Source: Candidatus Latescibacterota bacterium
GTDB lineage: Bacteria; Latescibacterota; UBA2968
Assembly (NCBI GenBank): GCA_965208125.1
Contig: OZ242320.1
Coordinates: 3,584,001 to 3,648,000 of the forward strand
Direction of reading: 5' to 3'
Length of the DNA stretch: 64,000 nucleotides
Shown here in pieces: positions 27,534 to 35,083 of the stretch. Made by a program: the position numbers and the translations under genes. The notes beneath the pieces were generated by a model. That model was not told the origin of the DNA and searched no databases. It saw nothing but the letters and a program-made list of their open reading frames with translations. The stretch's first letter is position 1. The number at the start of each line of letters is the position of its first letter.

Positions 27534-28376
27534 ATGAATTTCAAACCCACTTCTGACCATACGTGGAACGGACTAATTTGCGGTGTTGTATTATATATGC
27601 TCTTTGTCGTAGCTCCCGTAATTATAATCCTGAGATATTTTTTGAATATCGATTATGGTTCCCTGATGATTGGCTTGATTGTGTTTCTTATCTACTTTGT
27701 AATAAAAAGAAAAATGTATTGGGCTCAGGGGGATAGAGCGATAGTGTTGACGTTGAGTTTCTTTAGGTCCAATGCGAAAAATAAAAATAATATAAAGGAG
27801 TTCAATTACGACAAGGATCAGGATATTCTTAAAGTAGATTTAGATAAAGATGGTATTTTTCATATGCTTATGTTTTATTTTGCATTTGGTATCGCCATTG
27901 CTGTTCAATTTTTATTTTTTGGGGAGATCGAATTGCGTTTTTCGGGCATTGATATATGGAAGTTATTGGGATGTATTTGCCTCGTTATAATTCTTCACGA
28001 AGCGCTCCATGGTTTTGCCGCGCTACTGTGGGGGAGGATCCCTGGGCGTTCAATACATTTCGGAGTCAACTGGCGACAGTTCATGTTTTATTGTCATTGC
28101 GATAAACCCATGAAGGTGAATACTTGGCGAATTTTTGTCCTTTTACCTCTCCTTATCACCACACCTATTGCGGGGCTTATTTGGTGGTTAGATCCATCTA
28201 TTTGGTCGCTATTGTTCTTCAGCATAACAGTAGCTTTTTGTTCTAGAGATGTCTTGTTATTTTTCCAGACCCGCCAGGTTGAAAATGACAAATGGATTCA
28301 AGCCCACGAATCAGAACCTGGTTTCTATATCCTGCCAGACGCTATCGCCACATCCTCTGAAGAACACCACAGATAA
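27534..28376 (+). CDS. DUF3267-like putative membrane metalloprotease
   Basis: Multiple TM segments, LHEALHG, FG......YCH, late conserved D. Confidence 0.7.
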   Translation: MNFKPTSDHTWNGLICGVVLYMLFVVAPVIIILRYFLNIDYGSLMIGLIVFLIYFVIKRKMYWAQGDRAIVLTLSFFRSNAKNKNNIKEFNYDKDQDILKVDLDKDGIFHMLMFYFAFGIAIAVQFLFFGEIELRFSGIDIWKLLGCICLVIILHEALHGFAALLWGRIPGRSIHFGVNWRQFMFYCHCDKPMKVNTWRIFVLLPLLITTPIAGLIWWLDPSIWSLLFFSITVAFCSRDVLLFFQTRQVENDKWIQAHESEPGFYILPDAIATSSEEHHR

Positions 28377-28427
28377 TCTAAAATTCACACTAAAAAGTTG
28401 TTCTAAAACTCACATTGGGAGATTGAG

Positions 28428-29285
28428 ATGACATATCCAAATTTGAAGCAGTCTATTTGGTTGCTGATATTATTGATTCTCATTACAATTGGCTTGACTG
28501 TATTGATAGTCATTATAGGTGCCATTATTGACGAGCCTTTGTATGAGTATGATTACTATTCTGGGCTTTTGCCGCTGGCAAGTTTTATTCTCATTTTGTA
28601 CTATGTTTCGCATCGGACAGGTCGAACATGGGCAGATATGTTGCCTCTTGCGATTAGAAATATAGACTATGACTGGCGCATGTGGCTTTCCGTTGGGTTC
28701 TCTATCCTTGGACTGGGGATTGTTCTGACTGAATTGTCCAATGCGGTGATATCTGTGTTGCCCATGCCCGAAGTGTTTCAGGACATCTTTCATCAATCCT
28801 TCGGAAAAGAAACATCTTATCTGTCAGCCTTATTTGTCGCAGTTGTAATAGCACCTCTTACTGAAGAGATCGTTTTTAGAGGCATTATCTTGAAAGGTTT
28901 ATTGGCACATTGTACTCAAAATCGGGCGGTTATTTGGTCGGCGATTCTGTTTGGTCTATTTCATCTGAATCCGTGGCAATTTCCAGTGGCTTTTATATTG
29001 GGACTTATCTTTGCCTATTGGGTTATTCAAACGGGATCTTTGTGGCCTGCAATTTTGGGGCACGCACTGAACAATTTGATATCTGTGACATCGCTGCATT
29101 TCGATGTACCAGGGTTTCCAGTTTCAGAAGATTTTAATGTTGTGGTTCACAATCCGTGGTGGTTGAATGTGTGCGGACCGATATTGGCTGTTCTTGGGTT
29201 GTGGTGGTTTTATCAGGTGGCGAAGCGCAACAAAACAGATCAGCTTGAGGCGAGAGTTGAACCCGAAGGAACTCAGGAGATGTGA
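28428..29285 (+). CDS. CPBP (Abi/CAAX) intramembrane protease
   Basis: APLTEEIVFRG, FGLFH, H.LNN motifs. Confidence 0.9.
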   Translation: MTYPNLKQSIWLLILLILITIGLTVLIVIIGAIIDEPLYEYDYYSGLLPLASFILILYYVSHRTGRTWADMLPLAIRNIDYDWRMWLSVGFSILGLGIVLTELSNAVISVLPMPEVFQDIFHQSFGKETSYLSALFVAVVIAPLTEEIVFRGIILKGLLAHCTQNRAVIWSAILFGLFHLNPWQFPVAFILGLIFAYWVIQTGSLWPAILGHALNNLISVTSLHFDVPGFPVSEDFNVVVHNPWWLNVCGPILAVLGLWWFYQVAKRNKTDQLEARVEPEGTQEM

Positions 29286-29469
29286 TAATTGAAAACAAAT
29301 ATAGCCTATTATGAGACCGTATGAAATTGTGATTTTGCGTCCGATAGAGTTGTTTCTTTTCACTTTTTTGAATTGCAATGGAACAAAATGTACCCCTTTT
29401 CTTAAATAGCGACTCCCCTGATTAGCAAGCGTGATCTGCTAACATCAATTATATATCCTTGTTTTATCG

Positions 29470-29499
29470 TGCCTTAGAATATTCTAAGGCATTTTTTTT
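29470..29499. terminator. Perfect 22-bp palindrome plus T-tract (terminator or operator)
   Basis: TGCCTTAGAATATTCTAAGGCA followed by T8. Confidence 0.55.
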
Positions 29500-29515
29500 G
29501 TGCTTTTTCAAAAAT

Positions 29516-29531
29516 GGGCACGGTATTTGCA
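29516..29531 (+). promoter_or_regulatory. Sigma54 (-24/-12) promoter of the glycosyltransferase/peptide operon
   Basis: GGGCACGGTATTTGCA, i.e. GG-N10-GC with GGCACG and TTGCA, 75 bp before ATG 29606. Confidence 0.72.
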
Positions 29532-29605
29532 GAATATGTCGTGTGCAAATCGCGTGAACGGGATTGATGCGGACGGAATGTCCGCGATGTTGGAGGGTTC
29601 AAGAG

Positions 29606-32149
29606 ATGAAGATTTTACATATTCTGGATGTTTCGCTGCCACACCGACAAAGCGGCTACAGTTTGCGAAGCCAATATATTATCAACACGCAGAAAGCACT
29701 TGGCTTTGATCCTGTGGTGCTCACGCGATGGGGGAGGTCTGAACAACTCGTGGATGGTGTCGAATATATCGATGACGTGCCTTATTTGAGAAATACTTCT
29801 GAAGCATACGCGATACGTGTGGGTGAACGTCTGGGCAAGTTTCAATTGCGGGATACGCCACAAATTTATCACGCGGGGCAGGAGCAACACTTTCGCAAGC
29901 GCGTTGCGCGGGCTGTTGAGGCAGAAAAACCCGATGTGTTGCACGCTGCTTCGCCAGGCAGAAACGCGCAGTTTGCGATTGATGTAGGGCATTATTACGG
30001 CTTGCCCGTAGTGTATGAGGTGCGGGGTTTGTGGCACGATAGCGGTGTGGCGCAAGGTATGCTGGTTCCCGATTCAGAAGCGTATCGCCAGCAACACGCA
30101 GAACATGTCAATGCGATGCGACAAGCTGATGCTGTGGTGACGCTGTCCGAGGTGTTGAAAATAGAGTGCATACGCGAAGGGGTTGACGAAGACAAAATAG
30201 GCGTGGTGCCCAATGGTGTGGCAATAGAGCAATATGCACCCAAAACTCGGTTGAGCGAACTTGCCAAGCGCCTGGGGATTGAATCGGGAGATGTGGTGTT
30301 GGGCTATATCGGTCTCGTGCGGTCGCTGGAGGGATTGCGGTTGTTGTTGCAGGCGTGTGAGGTTCTTCGCGGGCGGTATGCCAAGCTCAAAGTGTTGATT
30401 GTGGGTGGTGGACGAGATTTACCGGCGTTGCAGCGCGAAGCGCGTGAACGCGGTCTCTCGGATATGGTGATTTTTACGGGTGAAATACCGCACGACCAGA
30501 TTGCTGCGTATTACGCGATGTTAGATGTTTTTGTGATTCCTCGCACACGTAGCCGCGTTACCGAACTGGTCACGCCGATGAAGCCCTATGAGGCGATGGC
30601 GATGGAAAAAGCCGTTGTTGTTAGTGATGTGGCTGCACTTACAGAGGTGGTTACAGATGGTGAAACCGGGCGGGTTTTTGTGGCAGATAATGTCGAGAGT
30701 CTTACTCAGACATGCGCCGAGCTCATTGAGAATCCCGCACTGCGGATGCACTTGGGAAAAAAGGGTAGCGAATGGGTGCGGTCAGAGCGCACATGGACGC
30801 GGATTGTGGAAGGCTATCGCGGGATATATGAGACCACTGTAGAATCATTACGGGATGTGTCTAATCCACATTTTGGGACTCAAATTCGACACAAGCGCAT
30901 TGCGTTTTATAGCCAGCATCTGATTGGCGTAGGACACCATTTTCGCAATCGACAGATTGTCAATGAACTGGTCAAAACAGGTGATATGTTTTTTATCGAT
31001 GGTGGCCGTCCCATTCCCGAGGCTGATCTCGATGAACGAGTGAAGCGTATTCCCCTGCCGCCCCTTCGCACGGGACCACAGGGCATTGAGCCTGTTGATA
31101 CAGGGCGAGATTTGCAGGCTGTGATGCGCGAGCGTCTGGTCAGACTTGCCGAAGCGATGGAACAGATTCGTCCCGATGTGTTGTGCATTGAGTTTTTCCC
31201 TTTTTCCAGATGGTCGCTCAAGAGCGAAATCCTCCATACTATTGTCAGGCTCAATCAGGTCAATCCCGGTGCGAAGGTGTTGTGTTCGCTGCGCGATGTT
31301 CCAACGCGAGCAAAGAGCGATGCGTTGCAACCGACTGTCGCGCTTGCTCAGAGACGCGATGGAGATGCGATGCGGTTTTATTCGGTGCCTTTTGGCGGGA
31401 TACATCACGAGTATTTGTCTTTTAATCGGCGGTATTACGAGGAGGTTGTGCCTGTGTTGAATCTGTATTTCGATGCGGTCTTAGTGCATGGTGATTCCAA
31501 ACTATCGCGGTTGGAAGATCACTTTCCCTGGGCTGCTGATATCGGTATTCCCATCATTTATACGGGGTTTGTTTCTGAGAAACTCAAAGACGTATCTCGG
31601 CCTGATGGTGCGCCGAATCGGTATGTCCTGGTCAGCGCTGGCGGTGGGAGTGGAGGGCTTGCGCTTGTTGCACCGTGTATTGAAGCGTGGAAACAATTGG
31701 ACCAGAACAATGCGCTTGATGGGCGCAAGATGGTGATTTTTGCAGGTGCGTTTATCAATGAAACGCATTTTGAGGCTTTGCGAGAATTGTGCGGTGATGG
31801 TCCGTTTCGCATTGAGCGTTTTACGTCCAATTTTTTGGCGTGGATGAAATACGCGGATTTGTCGATTAGTCGTGCGGGCTATAATACGTGTATGAATGTG
31901 CTTGAGGCACAAGTGCCATCGATTCTGGTGCCGAGCATTGCGATGGATGATCAGGTATTTCGCGCACAGCAGTTGATGGGGTTGGGTATTGCACAGGTGA
32001 TACATCCCGATCAAATAGGTGCGGGAAAGATGGCAAAAGCTATTGCCGAAATGCTCGAACGTTCTGTGTCCGAACACGATCTATCCATAGATGGTGCCGA
32101 GCAAACGCGAAAGTTCATAGAGCAGCAGTTAGCAAAACAGAAAAAATGA
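29606..32149 (+). CDS. Two-domain glycosyltransferase (GT4 + COG4671/GT28-C-like)
   Basis: N-half MKILHILD.SLP..SGY..R, VYEVRG.W, ELVTP.KP.EAMA; C-half FYSQHL.G.GH, VSAGGG, SRAGYNT.. Confidence 0.88.
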   Translation: MKILHILDVSLPHRQSGYSLRSQYIINTQKALGFDPVVLTRWGRSEQLVDGVEYIDDVPYLRNTSEAYAIRVGERLGKFQLRDTPQIYHAGQEQHFRKRVARAVEAEKPDVLHAASPGRNAQFAIDVGHYYGLPVVYEVRGLWHDSGVAQGMLVPDSEAYRQQHAEHVNAMRQADAVVTLSEVLKIECIREGVDEDKIGVVPNGVAIEQYAPKTRLSELAKRLGIESGDVVLGYIGLVRSLEGLRLLLQACEVLRGRYAKLKVLIVGGGRDLPALQREARERGLSDMVIFTGEIPHDQIAAYYAMLDVFVIPRTRSRVTELVTPMKPYEAMAMEKAVVVSDVAALTEVVTDGETGRVFVADNVESLTQTCAELIENPALRMHLGKKGSEWVRSERTWTRIVEGYRGIYETTVESLRDVSNPHFGTQIRHKRIAFYSQHLIGVGHHFRNRQIVNELVKTGDMFFIDGGRPIPEADLDERVKRIPLPPLRTGPQGIEPVDTGRDLQAVMRERLVRLAEAMEQIRPDVLCIEFFPFSRWSLKSEILHTIVRLNQVNPGAKVLCSLRDVPTRAKSDALQPTVALAQRRDGDAMRFYSVPFGGIHHEYLSFNRRYYEEVVPVLNLYFDAVLVHGDSKLSRLEDHFPWAADIGIPIIYTGFVSEKLKDVSRPDGAPNRYVLVSAGGGSGGLALVAPCIEAWKQLDQNNALDGRKMVIFAGAFINETHFEALRELCGDGPFRIERFTSNFLAWMKYADLSISRAGYNTCMNVLEAQVPSILVPSIAMDDQVFRAQQLMGLGIAQVIHPDQIGAGKMAKAIAEMLERSVSEHDLSIDGAEQTRKFIEQQLAKQKK

Positions 32150-32157
32150 GGTAAAAA

Positions 32158-33561
32158 ATGAAAATTTACGTGCCACACCCATATTGCGACCGCGAGAAAG
32201 TGATAGCGTCAAATAGTGGGGCGTCTCTATCAGGTTTTAACCATGTGCTGGCGTTATCGAAGTATTGCGAGGTGTATATGCCAGCGTCTGAAGCGGTGGA
32301 TTATGGTCCGAATTTGCACGGTATTCGACTCGCATTTGAGACGATTGATTCGTCTCGCCAGTGGTTTGCGCGGCAGGGATTTGACGGGGTGCTGATGTTT
32401 GAACCCAAAGCAGATGACCTGGCATTTTTTCGCCATGTGTGTCCCGCACCCATTGTGATTCGGCTGTCGTGTTCTTTTGGGCGCAATCGCGATTTTGTCG
32501 ATAAAGTGCTTCAATGTTATTCGCTGTTGCGGCCTTATGATGCCTTGTCGCCCAAGTCGGCGTATGTCGCTGACGAAGTGGGCAAGTTGGTGTTTGACAA
32601 GTCGTATTTGCGTCCGATTACCAATGGGGTAGATGCCGAGGTGTTCAAACCGATGGATAAGTTGCAAGCGCGCAAAGAGGTCGTGGATAAGACAGGTGAT
32701 CAACGCTTTTTGGAGATGCCTGTGGTGGGTTTTTGCGGGCGGTTTGAACCGGGCAAGGGCGCGTATTCATTTTTGCGAATGGCCGATCTGAATCCCAATG
32801 TGTTGTTTACAGTGATTGGCAAGCAGTTCGCTCCCGTGACGCATCCTCCCAATGTGATCTTTTTGGGCGCGCAACCCTATACGGATATGCCGCTGTATTA
32901 CAATATGCTGGATGTGTTGTGCGCGTTGTCGGTGTATTCGTATGAGTCGTGTCCCTCAACTGTGATAGAGGGCATGGCGTGTGGTCTTCCGGTTGTGGCG
33001 ACAAATTTTGCGGGTGCGCCAGAGTTGTTGGGCAGTTGTGGGCAGTTGATAGAGATTGAGCGATTTGAAGATGAGCCATTGAATGTGACGGGTTATATCG
33101 ATCCTGAGGTGATTTCAGATGCTGTGCGCGGTTTGTTGAATAGCAAAACGGAGCGGGAGAAATTGGGTGAGTGTGCTCGCAAACGCGCACTCGAATTTTC
33201 CTGGGATTGTATGGCACAGCAGCACCTGGCATTGTTTGAAGATCTGCTGACCAAACGCGATACACCCGCGTGTCCGATTCCACTAACCGTGAGTTTTACA
33301 CAGGGTTGTGATATATCTGGTGTGCCGAAGAGTGTGTCTAAGGGGTTTAACTATTTGGGCAGCAGGCAAGGCCCATTGCCGCGTATCCCGTTTTTGGGGC
33401 AGGATATGTCCCTTATTGAGGGTCTGGGCCTTCACTTGATGCAACATTTACATCCAAACGAAGTCGAAGCCGTCCTGTTGGGATTATGTGAAACGCGCGC
33501 TACAGCCTACAAAACGCTTCGCAAAATCCGACGCTTCAGCGATATGCTCACTGCTCCCTGA
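32158..33561 (+). CDS. GT4 glycosyltransferase with ~100-aa C-terminal extension
   Basis: NGVD...F.P, GRFEPGKG, E-x7-E motif ESCPSTVIEGMACGLPVV, FSW; extra C-terminal domain. Confidence 0.85.
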   Translation: MKIYVPHPYCDREKVIASNSGASLSGFNHVLALSKYCEVYMPASEAVDYGPNLHGIRLAFETIDSSRQWFARQGFDGVLMFEPKADDLAFFRHVCPAPIVIRLSCSFGRNRDFVDKVLQCYSLLRPYDALSPKSAYVADEVGKLVFDKSYLRPITNGVDAEVFKPMDKLQARKEVVDKTGDQRFLEMPVVGFCGRFEPGKGAYSFLRMADLNPNVLFTVIGKQFAPVTHPPNVIFLGAQPYTDMPLYYNMLDVLCALSVYSYESCPSTVIEGMACGLPVVATNFAGAPELLGSCGQLIEIERFEDEPLNVTGYIDPEVISDAVRGLLNSKTEREKLGECARKRALEFSWDCMAQQHLALFEDLLTKRDTPACPIPLTVSFTQGCDISGVPKSVSKGFNYLGSRQGPLPRIPFLGQDMSLIEGLGLHLMQHLHPNEVEAVLLGLCETRATAYKTLRKIRRFSDMLTAP

Positions 33562-33614
33562 TGGATAGAAGGATACAGCTTGCGCTGAGGTAGTGAAGAA
33601 AGGAGGTGATAGAG

Positions 33615-33812
33615 ATGAAGAGACGAGTTATATCAAATCCCGAGCAATCGGTCGCTGATGTGACCCCTCTACCGATTAAAACGAGTGATCTGGACGCGTA
33701 TCAAATTGCTCATATATCTGGTGGATCTATATTGGATGTCATCGGTGATTATATCAGTGAGGAATTGGGTATAGACGTACCAGATTTAGATGTTCATCCA
33801 TGGTCCTGGTAA
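33615..33812 (+). CDS. Precursor peptide 1 (double-glycine leader)
   Basis: SD AGGAGG; leader ...LDAYQIAHISGG, then core SILDVIGDYISEELGIDVPDLDVHPWSW. Confidence 0.85.
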   Translation: MKRRVISNPEQSVADVTPLPIKTSDLDAYQIAHISGGSILDVIGDYISEELGIDVPDLDVHPWSW

Positions 33813-33966
33813 GTTTTTGGTAGAGTGAATATTGGGCTTCCTGATAGTAATCGCGCTACACCTGCAAAAATCGACACTTCAGCGACACGCTCACGGCTTC
33901 TTGCGTCCCCAACAAGGGATGCTATTTGCACTGCGCTGAGGTGGTAAAGAAAGGAGGTGAGGAAGA

Positions 33967-34182
33967 ATGGCGAGACGAATCATATCAAATCCTGAGCAAT
34001 CGGCTTCCTGTGTGACCGATCTACCGCTTGAAACGACGGATCTGAACGTGCATAAATTTTCTCAGGTCTCTGGTGGATGTTACCCGACCCCGGAGGAAGA
34101 GTTCAGTGAAGAATATGACCCAACACTGGAAGGTATTTTGGATGATGTTGACCCCTTTTACCCCTGGTCCTGGCCAATGTAA
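33967..34182 (+). CDS. Precursor peptide 2 (double-glycine leader)
   Basis: SD AGGAGG; leader ...LNVHKFSQVSGG, then core CYPTPEEEFSEEYDPTLEGILDDVDPFYPWSWPM. Confidence 0.85.
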   Translation: MARRIISNPEQSASCVTDLPLETTDLNVHKFSQVSGGCYPTPEEEFSEEYDPTLEGILDDVDPFYPWSWPM

Positions 34183-34328
34183 TTCAGAACCCGGTAAGTA
34201 TTTGGCTCAGTGGAACCTGTTGGTCATTTGTTGTAAATCTCTAATTTTTATTTTTCAAGTACTAAAAAACCAGCTTTATTCTACAAAGTACTTGATAAAT
34301 TTTACAATTCATTTATTCGGAGGATATC

Positions 34329-34637
34329 ATGTCTGCTGTCGCATTAAATAATCGCGTGACTTCAGATTCAGACGCTATTTTTGCGTCTTGCACATCACTG
34401 CCCATCCAGCAAACAACGCTCAATTGTGAAAAAATGGCAGGTATTGATGGTTTATGCCTGTGGGGGACAGTTTTTGGTGAAGTGCACGAGCTTATTTCTG
34501 AATGGGAAGATCAGTTGGAAGATGTTAATACTGTAGCTTCGCTATATTATTATGGCGGTGTTGTTGTTTTGTCTGCCGACCCTCCTGAGCCTGGGGTTGA
34601 GTATCCCCTAATAATACCTAATAAGAAGCTGTTTTGA
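34329..34637 (+). CDS. Precursor peptide 3 (GL-type leader variant)
   Basis: SD GGAGG; leader aligns without gaps to peptides 1/2 and ends LNCEKMAGIDGL, then C. Confidence 0.8.
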   Translation: MSAVALNNRVTSDSDAIFASCTSLPIQQTTLNCEKMAGIDGLCLWGTVFGEVHELISEWEDQLEDVNTVASLYYYGGVVVLSADPPEPGVEYPLIIPNKKLF

Positions 34638-34747
34638 AATTATTGGGACCTATCCCTTTACTCCTATCCGCGTCAATTTAAGGGGTAAATCACTGTCACT
34701 CCTGCACATGTGGTATCACAATTCCTTTCATTTACCCGGAGGCTATC

Positions 34748-35011
34748 ATGTCCCCTATTGCATCAAATAATCGCTTGACTACGTATTCAGATGCCGCTTT
34801 CGCCTCTTGCACGGCACTATCTATCCATCAAACAACGCTCGACATTGAAGAAATGGCAGGTATTAATGGATTGTGTCATTCTGAGCAAGAAGAAGAAGAG
34901 AATTCTGCAATCCCGACACCACCCAGTCAAGCGGTCATTATGTATTACATATTGAAAGCTAAGAGGCGAATGGAAACCCCCGTGATTTACTGTTCCTATT
35001 CTATTTGGTAA
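34748..35011 (+). CDS. Precursor peptide 4 (GL-type leader variant)
   Basis: SD GGAGG; leader paralogous to peptide 3 and ends LDIEEMAGINGL, then C. Confidence 0.8.
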   Translation: MSPIASNNRLTTYSDAAFASCTALSIHQTTLDIEEMAGINGLCHSEQEEEENSAIPTPPSQAVIMYYILKAKRRMETPVIYCSYSIW

Positions 35012-35032
35012 GGTGCATCAACCCGTTATTTC

Positions 35033-35064
35033 TGTGGCTACGCCGTGGGCATGGCGTAGCCACA
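35033..35064. promoter_or_regulatory. GC-rich stem-loop between precursor genes and exporter
   Basis: TGTGGCTACGCC-N8-GGCGTAGCCACA, perfect 12-bp stem, no T-tract. Confidence 0.65.
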
Positions 35065-35083
35065 CCACATAATGGATTGAAAA

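Noticed and set aside
34073-34351. 92-aa ORF overlapping precursor 2 in another frame
   Set aside because: No SD or leader motif; overlaps two better-supported ORFs
33615-35011. Assignment as classical glycocin, lanthipeptide, graspetide or lipoprotein
   Set aside because: No paired Cys scaffold or GT2, no dehydratase/cyclase or ATP-grasp ligase, and no hydrophobic signal region before the Cys
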